12,884 bases of DNA from Promethearchaeota archaeon (GTDB lineage: Archaea; Asgardarchaeota; Lokiarchaeia; Sigyniarchaeales; SOKP01): contig JBHLME010000127.1 in assembly GCA_048938445.1 (NCBI GenBank), positions 1-12,884 on the forward strand, given 5' to 3'. The notes beneath the pieces were generated by a model. The model saw nothing but the letters and a program-made list of their open reading frames with translations. It was not told where the DNA came from and made no database searches. Below, one piece after another: positions 6,717 through 12,884 of the stretch. The translations under genes and the position numbers were made by a program. Position 1 is the stretch's first letter. Each line of letters starts with the position of its first letter.

Positions 6717-7220
6717 TTGTCAAATGAAATCAAAACTGAGATAAGTTTAAGATCTTCAGATGTGAAGAAAGAATTAAAATGTGAATTTAGAGATAATCAA
6801 CTTCAAGAATGCATTGATATCGAAAATTTTCAACAATTTAGTTTGGATTCTTCAGAAATAACAAATAGAGCGATATTAAAGTGTTTGAATACGATGTTAG
6901 GTACGTGTATAGGAAAAAACAAAATTGATATTAACTTTTCTCTGATAAATATGGATATTGTATTAAAAAAGCAAAGCAACAATACATGGATAATTGATAA
7001 TATAAATCTTAATTTGGATCCTCATTTCGATGATGAAATATATCTAGATCAATTAAAAAAATGTTTAAAGTTCTTTGATATAACTTGCATTAAACCAAAA
7101 TCAATTAACTTTACTATATCTTTTTCTGAAACAAATGAAGCTCTTAAGCATTATAGAAATGAGTTGTATAAATTAAAAAATGAACTTGAAGATATTTTAG
7201 GAAAGGAATTAAATATTTGA
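6717..7220 (+). CDS. Hypothetical protein, divergent OsmC/Ohr-like fold with a C-terminal coiled-coil
   Basis: AAGGAG RBS before the TTG. The Cys-bearing helices AILKCLNTMLGTC and LKKCLKFFDITC have OsmC-like spacing. Amphipathic tail. Confidence 0.5.
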   Translation: MSNEIKTEISLRSSDVKKELKCEFRDNQLQECIDIENFQQFSLDSSEITNRAILKCLNTMLGTCIGKNKIDINFSLINMDIVLKKQSNNTWIIDNINLNLDPHFDDEIYLDQLKKCLKFFDITCIKPKSINFTISFSETNEALKHYRNELYKLKNELEDILGKELNI

Positions 7221-7361
7221 TTTTTTAACAAATTATAATTTATTGTCCAATTCCATATCATAATATACTTTTATAAATGTTTAAATCATAATTTTATTCA
7301 ATCATTATTTAACAGTGTTCATTTATTACAAGTTCATTTAAATTTGTAGGGAGAGTTAAAA

Positions 7362-9167
7362 ATGGTCCGAGTAAAATTAACTAAAAGAGAGTTAGAAGCC
7401 TATGCAGTTTATGGCGATGAAATTAGAGGAATGTTTCAGAATCCCCATAGAAGCATTGGTATTCATGTTGAAAAAAATGTAAATCTAATTCCAAATAAAA
7501 TTGCTTTATATTATGAAGAAAAATCATGGACATGGCAAAATTTTAATGAGGAAAGTAATAAATATTCAAATTACTTTTTAGAAATGGGTTTAAAGAAAAG
7601 TGAAGTAGTAGCATTATTACTTGAGAATTCTCCAGAATACTTATTCGCTACAACTGGCATTAATAAAATCCAAGGTATTAGTGCATTAATTAATTTTCAC
7701 CTAAAAAAAAAGCCCTTAATTCATTCAATTAATATGGTAAATCCAAAATTTTTAATTGTTGATGGAGATAGCTTACAATCTCTTAAAGATGTGGCTGCTC
7801 AACTTGATATCCCCGATGATCATATCTTAGTTATAAATAATTCAACAAAATTAAAACATGATTTTAAAGATTTACCAATAATTCTACAAAATATATCAAC
7901 AAGAAATCCTGATACAACAAATAATTCCATTGTAGATGACATTGCTTTATATATTTATACATCCGGAACTACAGGTTTACCTAAAGCAGTAATCATGAAA
8001 AATTTTAAATTGCATCAAAATGGATGTTTTATTCCAATTGCTGGAGTTCAATTAATTCCTGAAGACATTATCTATATTCCCACTCCTCTATATCATTCTG
8101 TTGGTTTTTCAATATCTTGGTGTGCCGCAACTTTTTTAGGTGCAACAATAGTAGTTAGAAAAAATTTTTCAGCTTCAGAATTCTGGAAAGACATACAAAA
8201 ATATAAAATTACTTATATGACATATGTGGGAGAAATTCCACGATATTTATTAAACCAACCAGTTTCTGAACTCGAAAAAAACCATACTTTAAAAAGAATT
8301 GCAGGATTGGGATTACGCAAGGAGATTTGGGATGATTTTAAAACTCGTTTTCAAATTGATCAAATTTTTGAATTTTATGCATCAACAGAAGGACATAAGG
8401 GATTTATGAACTTACATAATGTTCCTGGAATGGTAGGAAGACTTACAATGAAAGGATTTGAGTTAGCTAAATACAATACTGAAACAGGGGAATTTTATAA
8501 AGATGAGAAGGGATATTGTATTCAATGTGATATAGGAGATACAGGAATGGGATTGATGGTGATATCACCTGGAAGTGGATTTGAAGGGTATAAGGACCAG
8601 GAGAAAACTGAAAATAAAATACTGCAAAATGCATTCAAGAGAGGAGATAAATATTTCATAACAGGCGATATCTTTAAACTCCATGATGATTATTATATCT
8701 CATTTGCCGACCGACTTGGAGACACTTTCCGATGGAAGTCTGAAAATGTATCGACATTGGAAGTTGAAGATATTTTAAATTCTTATCCGGCAATTGAAAG
8801 GTCTGCTGTCTATGGTGTTTTAATTCCAAATACGGAAGGGAGGGCAGGTATGGCTGCAATCAATTTAAATCCTTCGATGAAATTTGATTTAAAAGATCTT
8901 TCTCATTTTGTTAATGAAGTTTTACCTTCATATGCGATTCCTGTATTCATTAGAATAAAAGAAGAAAAACTTGAAACAACAGGTACCTTTAAAATTAAAA
9001 AAGTTAAATTGCGTGATGATGCATATAATGTCAATATTATAAGTGATCCAATGTACATTTGGGCTCCAAGTAATAAGAAATATATTACATTAAATAAGGC
9101 AATTTATAAATCTATAATGGATGGTAATTTTGATAAAAGAAAAATGGAAAAAACAGAATTAATTTAA
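7362..9167 (+). CDS. Long-chain acyl-CoA synthetase, FATP/very-long-chain ACS subfamily
   Basis: AMP-binding YIYTSGTTGLPKA, plus YVGEIPRYLL, EFYASTEG and the FATP signature DRLGDTFRWKSENVST. GGGAG RBS. Confidence 0.93.
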   Translation: MVRVKLTKRELEAYAVYGDEIRGMFQNPHRSIGIHVEKNVNLIPNKIALYYEEKSWTWQNFNEESNKYSNYFLEMGLKKSEVVALLLENSPEYLFATTGINKIQGISALINFHLKKKPLIHSINMVNPKFLIVDGDSLQSLKDVAAQLDIPDDHILVINNSTKLKHDFKDLPIILQNISTRNPDTTNNSIVDDIALYIYTSGTTGLPKAVIMKNFKLHQNGCFIPIAGVQLIPEDIIYIPTPLYHSVGFSISWCAATFLGATIVVRKNFSASEFWKDIQKYKITYMTYVGEIPRYLLNQPVSELEKNHTLKRIAGLGLRKEIWDDFKTRFQIDQIFEFYASTEGHKGFMNLHNVPGMVGRLTMKGFELAKYNTETGEFYKDEKGYCIQCDIGDTGMGLMVISPGSGFEGYKDQEKTENKILQNAFKRGDKYFITGDIFKLHDDYYISFADRLGDTFRWKSENVSTLEVEDILNSYPAIERSAVYGVLIPNTEGRAGMAAINLNPSMKFDLKDLSHFVNEVLPSYAIPVFIRIKEEKLETTGTFKIKKVKLRDDAYNVNIISDPMYIWAPSNKKYITLNKAIYKSIMDGNFDKRKMEKTELI

Positions 9168-9200
9168 TTATTTTAGTTTATATATTGATCGATTCATTTT

Positions 9201-10373
9201 TTATTTCATCTCAACCCATTTCTCAGAGACTAATAGTTCACAAGGTCTAAAGTATTCTTTACCCGTCAGTTCTACTAACTCATTTAAAATTTCAACCTGT
9301 TTAGCGGAATTATTTATATTAGCACCCATTGGGCCCGGCATGTTAAATCCCGCCATTAATGAATCATCGATTATTTTCCAGCTCGTAGTTATACCTTCTT
9401 CTAAAACTCTACAAGCCTCATTTACCATTATAGCAATCGGATACTTCAGTTTATAAATTCTTGCCTTTCCTGCACTTTTATTTGGCTCAGGTCGCCCTTT
9501 AGACCAATCATGAAATCCTTGGCCAGTTTTTGCGCCTAATTTACCTTCATTAAATAATTTGTTCACCACTTTTCCCGGAGTAAAATCAGGTGATAACGTT
9601 TTTGAATAATAAACCTGTCCATGATACATCGTATCAATTCCTGTAAAATCTGCTAATACTGTTATTGCCATGGGTCCCCCTCTTGCATCATTATCCAAAG
9701 CATCCCATGAAATTCCTTTTTCAGCACATAAATCAAATACGTAATTCTGATATATTTGCACTGGAGCTGTAATCCTGTTAACGATAAATCCAGGTCTGTC
9801 TTTTAAAACTTTTACTATGTATCTGTCACCTCTAAGACATGGTAATTGTTGGGAAAAATTCATACCAATTTCAATGCTTTTATCAGAACTATCTTCACTA
9901 TATATTACTTCTATTAACCTCATTAAAGGTACTGGATTAAAAAAATGCAATCCTATGCACTTATCTGGACGCCCGGAAGCCTTCCCCATCTCAGTTATGC
10001 TCATTGTAGATGTATTTGAAGCAAGAATACAATGTTCGGGAGAATTCTCACCACATGTTTTAAATACATCTTTTTTCACATCCATATTTTCTACAACTGC
10101 CTCAACCATTATGTCTGCATCTTTCATTGCTGAAGCAATATCCGTGGATTTTTTACATCGTGCCATAATATTCGCAGCGGAGACACCTTCTCCCAAAGAG
10201 CCTTTAGCTTCTAATTTTTTCATTCCTTGTTCAATAAAACTTACACCCTTATCAACATATTCATCTTTAATATCTACCATAGTGACATTAAATCCTGCCA
10301 TTAATGCAACTTGTCCTACACCATTACCCATCTGACCTGATCCAATTACTACTACATTTTTTATGTCAACCAT
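9201..10373 (-). CDS. 3-hydroxyacyl-CoA dehydrogenase with a duplicated C-terminal domain
   Basis: Rossmann GSGQMG, then EAVVE, ASNTST, catalytic GLHFFNP..LIE, PGFIVNR and GKLGAKTGQGF. A second 3HCDH_C repeat follows (MVNEACRVLEEG...GFNMPGP). GAGGT RBS favours ATG 10373 over 10391. Confidence 0.93.
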   Translation of the reverse strand: MVDIKNVVVIGSGQMGNGVGQVALMAGFNVTMVDIKDEYVDKGVSFIEQGMKKLEAKGSLGEGVSAANIMARCKKSTDIASAMKDADIMVEAVVENMDVKKDVFKTCGENSPEHCILASNTSTMSITEMGKASGRPDKCIGLHFFNPVPLMRLIEVIYSEDSSDKSIEIGMNFSQQLPCLRGDRYIVKVLKDRPGFIVNRITAPVQIYQNYVFDLCAEKGISWDALDNDARGGPMAITVLADFTGIDTMYHGQVYYSKTLSPDFTPGKVVNKLFNEGKLGAKTGQGFHDWSKGRPEPNKSAGKARIYKLKYPIAIMVNEACRVLEEGITTSWKIIDDSLMAGFNMPGPMGANINNSAKQVEILNELVELTGKEYFRPCELLVSEKWVEMK

Positions 10374-10535
10374 TTTGATTTCTAACCTCATATTTATTAT
10401 ATTTTACTTTAGTAATTTAACCTAATATTAATGTATTACCAGATTAAATCATTTAAAAGATAAAATTATTTATGGAAATAAGTGATTAGTTATTAAAAAA
10501 TTTTAATTTTAAGAAATATGTTTACGATAGTAAAA

Positions 10536-10961
10536 TTATTTCACTTTTTTAACGATATTTACGTCAATTTGAAGATTTAATCCCATTTTTTCTAACTCAT
10601 CACCACGATCTTCTAATAAATCTAAAAGAGTTTTAGAGCTCATTGTTAACTTTTCCGCCAAACGATCAATTTCTATACTATTAACTCGTTTGAAGAAATT
10701 AATAATGTTTTTAATGTCATCTTCAATATTTCTTTCTTCATTCTTGATTTGAATCTCTCTACGAACATCCTCGAAAATTATGCCATATTTTAACTTCAAA
10801 GTATCTGGGTTTGAAATTATCCATTCATTTATTATATTCCTTAAAATTTCAGATTTAGATTTTGACATTTCTTCAGCCATCCTGTTAATTATCGCATCAT
10901 CAAATGGATCTAAACTCACTGTGATCCTTGGTAGATTTGAAGGTTTACTTGTAGATGGCAT
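10536..10961 (-). CDS. Ribbon-helix-helix (CopG-like) regulator fused to a C-terminal HTH/winged-helix-like domain
   Basis: RITVSLD...IINRMAEEMSKSKSEILRNII fits the RHH pattern. IEIDRLAEKLTMSSKTLLDLL is HTH-like. Confidence 0.75.
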   Translation of the reverse strand: MPSTSKPSNLPRITVSLDPFDDAIINRMAEEMSKSKSEILRNIINEWIISNPDTLKLKYGIIFEDVRREIQIKNEERNIEDDIKNIINFFKRVNSIEIDRLAEKLTMSSKTLLDLLEDRGDELEKMGLNLQIDVNIVKKVK

Positions 10962-11048
10962 TTTTACATCAAAATCGACAAAATTAAATTATCCTTAAGA
11001 AGAATTAAATAATTCAAGTATTTAAATATTCTGCAATTATGATCAATC

Positions 11049-11110
11049 AATGCATCACTTACGATGCATTTATATATCCCCGATGATATATTAATATTAT
11101 CAGTATATCA
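11049..11110. promoter_or_regulatory. Two inverted repeats flanking a TATA element in the divergent promoter region
   Basis: AATGCATC-N6-GATGCATT (11049-11070, perfect 8 bp), TTTATATA (11069-11076), and TGATATA-N13-TATATCA (11084-11110). Confidence 0.6.
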
Positions 11111-11159
11111 CTTCAAAAAAAAAATCAAAAAATATTGAATTAAGGGTCGTGCATGTAAA

Positions 11160-11804
11160 ATGATGGAATTAATTATACCTCAACAAGAAATATTAAATAC
11201 AAAAGATCGCATTATAGATTTGATAAACGATGGAGTTGATTTTTTGAATGATTTTGAATTAAATCAAGAATTAATCATTGATACAATTTCTATCGTATAT
11301 AAATATCTAAGAATTACAAAAAAAGTTCCACATAATTTGTATAAATTTTTTATTGCATCGTATTATATTGTATCTCGACATCCTTTATCATTTCCAGCAC
11401 ATGAATCTAAGAAAAAATTTTGTAACAAGTTTGGTCTTGAACAATCTTCATTAGAGTATACCGTTGAAAAACTAATTGGAACTCTTAAGATTAGAAAAAT
11501 TCTTGATGACAAGAATTTTCCTTACTTCCTTGATCCTAAAAATGATTTAGGATTCAAGATTGCAAAAAATCTTGTGAAAACTAAAATTCAAAAAGCTCTC
11601 ATGAATTTTTATTTATTCAACCAGCAATTTAATTCACAAATTTTTACTGAAGAATTAGTTTCGACCTTGGTCGTTGATATGAATCTATTTCCTCAAGAAC
11701 TTTTACGTCAATATTATGATTTAATTTTCGAACTCGTTGAAAAAGTTCTTAAAGATCAACATTATGAAGAATATGTTAGGTTGCAAAATAAGTTTTTAAT
11801 TTAA
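11160..11804 (+). CDS. Hypothetical all-helical protein with a TFIIB/cyclin-fold-like repeat
   Basis: FFIASYYIVSRH...SKKKFCNKFGLEQSSLEYTVEKLIGTL resembles the TFIIB repeat pattern AAalYiacR...tlkeia...gvs..ti...ykel...L. There is no Zn ribbon. Confidence 0.5.
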   Translation: MMELIIPQQEILNTKDRIIDLINDGVDFLNDFELNQELIIDTISIVYKYLRITKKVPHNLYKFFIASYYIVSRHPLSFPAHESKKKFCNKFGLEQSSLEYTVEKLIGTLKIRKILDDKNFPYFLDPKNDLGFKIAKNLVKTKIQKALMNFYLFNQQFNSQIFTEELVSTLVVDMNLFPQELLRQYYDLIFELVEKVLKDQHYEEYVRLQNKFLI

Positions 11805-11858
11805 TTTTTTCTTTTCTATCTCTGCTTTTTCCTTATTCTCATGCTAAAAATTAAAAAG

Positions 11859-12710
11859 TTATTCAGAATAAAGATTGATATCTTTAAGAATTGAATTTAA
11901 TTTTGAAAATACACCCATGATGAGACTCAACTCTTTTTTAGACATCAGCGATCTTTCGAATATGTTTTTAAAAGCGAAATAAACATTTTTTTCACGATAA
12001 GATCTAATTTTTAGTTTTGATATTATTTCTTGGATGAATTTATAAATAATAAGGCGATCTTTTTTATCAGCAAGCAATATTGGTTTTTTACCACGCCCTA
12101 CATTTAAAATATATATTTTTTTAAAGATTTCATATAAGATAATTGCTGATGCATGAGATAAGTTCATTGTAGGATATTCATTCCATGTAGGAATCCTGAT
12201 TAAAATATCAGCAAGAGCAATTTCTTCATTTGTTAAGCCTCTCGATTCTTTTCCAAATAGTATTGCAATATTTAAATCATTTTTAGAAATCGGTATGGTC
12301 AAATCTTCTGGAAAAATAGTTAACCTAGGAACATTAGAATATTTCATTCCTTTTGCAGTAGAAGCGATAATTAAATCATAATTTTTCAAGTAATTAGTTA
12401 ATTCAAAATAGTGATTTTCTTGCTTATCAACCTTGATGATATCTGCATTTAATAAAATATCTTTCCCATGCATTGCAAATCCTTGTGTTTCATGATTTTT
12501 AATATTCTCAATTTGCTCGATGGGATTAAAGATTACAAGTTTTTTGAAATTAAAGTTTTTCATTACTCTTGCAATTGATCCAATATTTCCAGCGCTTTCT
12601 GGTTGAACTAAAATTATGGTAAATGAAAGATTTTTATAATTATTACTAAGATGTGTTTCTTGAAAAGATTCTTTTGCTCTAAAAATTCTTTTTTTATTCA
12701 ATTTACTCAC
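11859..12710 (-). CDS. trmJ: TrmJ/LasT family SPOUT tRNA 2'-O-methyltransferase
   Basis: IILVQPESAGNIGSIARVMKNF, ILFGKESRGLTNEE, IPT...YPTMNLSHA..IILYE, and a TrmJ-type helical C-terminal domain. Confidence 0.88.
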   Translation of the reverse strand: MSKLNKKRIFRAKESFQETHLSNNYKNLSFTIILVQPESAGNIGSIARVMKNFNFKKLVIFNPIEQIENIKNHETQGFAMHGKDILLNADIIKVDKQENHYFELTNYLKNYDLIIASTAKGMKYSNVPRLTIFPEDLTIPISKNDLNIAILFGKESRGLTNEEIALADILIRIPTWNEYPTMNLSHASAIILYEIFKKIYILNVGRGKKPILLADKKDRLIIYKFIQEIISKLKIRSYREKNVYFAFKNIFERSLMSKKELSLIMGVFSKLNSILKDINLYSE

Positions 12711-12884
12711 ATTTTTATTATTAAAGTAATTTATAAATTAAATAGAATAAATTTTTATTACCATTGATGTATTGTATATTAAAATAGCCGTAAACATATA
12801 TTATCTTCAATGTAAAAATTTAATTTGTTATTAATATTTAAAAAAACCATCATATTGTAAAAAATAATATAATTAAAAGAATAT

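Noticed and set aside
8674-8859. 61-aa minus-strand ORF
   Set aside because: Antisense shadow inside the well-supported acyl-CoA synthetase, with no motifs.
9817-10335. 172-aa plus-strand ORF
   Set aside because: Antisense shadow of the dehydrogenase. The Ser/Ile/Phe-rich composition is typical of reverse-strand reading.
10780-10998. 72-aa plus-strand ORF
   Set aside because: Antisense to the RHH gene, with shadow-like composition.
12711-12884. Very AT-rich end of the window as an origin or ncRNA
   Set aside because: No ORB-like repeats or stable stems. It is consistent with an ordinary promoter region.

Overview
AT-rich archaeal DNA. Asgard/Lokiarchaeia origin is likely, inferred from TTTA(T/A)ATA boxes, GGTGA/GGAG ribosome-binding sites, leaderless starts and gene content. 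In order, the window holds: the 3' end of an FAD-linked oxidase, an HxlR regulator, a CPBP (Rce1-like) membrane protease, a membrane-anchored beta-propeller with 51-aa repeats, a DUF72 protein, an HXXEE membrane protein, a decayed DUF72/PHP-domain remnant, an OsmC-like protein, a FATP-type acyl-CoA synthetase, a 3-hydroxyacyl-CoA dehydrogenase, an RHH-HTH regulator, a TFIIB/cyclin-fold-like protein and a TrmJ-family methyltransferase. Signals missing from the ORF track: (1) several unannotated micro-ORFs with their own expression signals around the CPBP gene, including a CGCGC peptide and a leaderless polybasic peptide ending CYCNINQ that overlaps a structured RNA; (2) a canonical PCNA-binding PIP box at the DUF72 C-terminus, plus a diverged pseudogene copy fused to a PHP remnant; (3) a divergent RHH / cyclin-fold pair sharing palindromic operators; (4) a probable ATT start for HxlR. 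I found no rRNA, tRNA, CRISPR array or transposase. All family calls come from motifs read by eye; no database searches were run.
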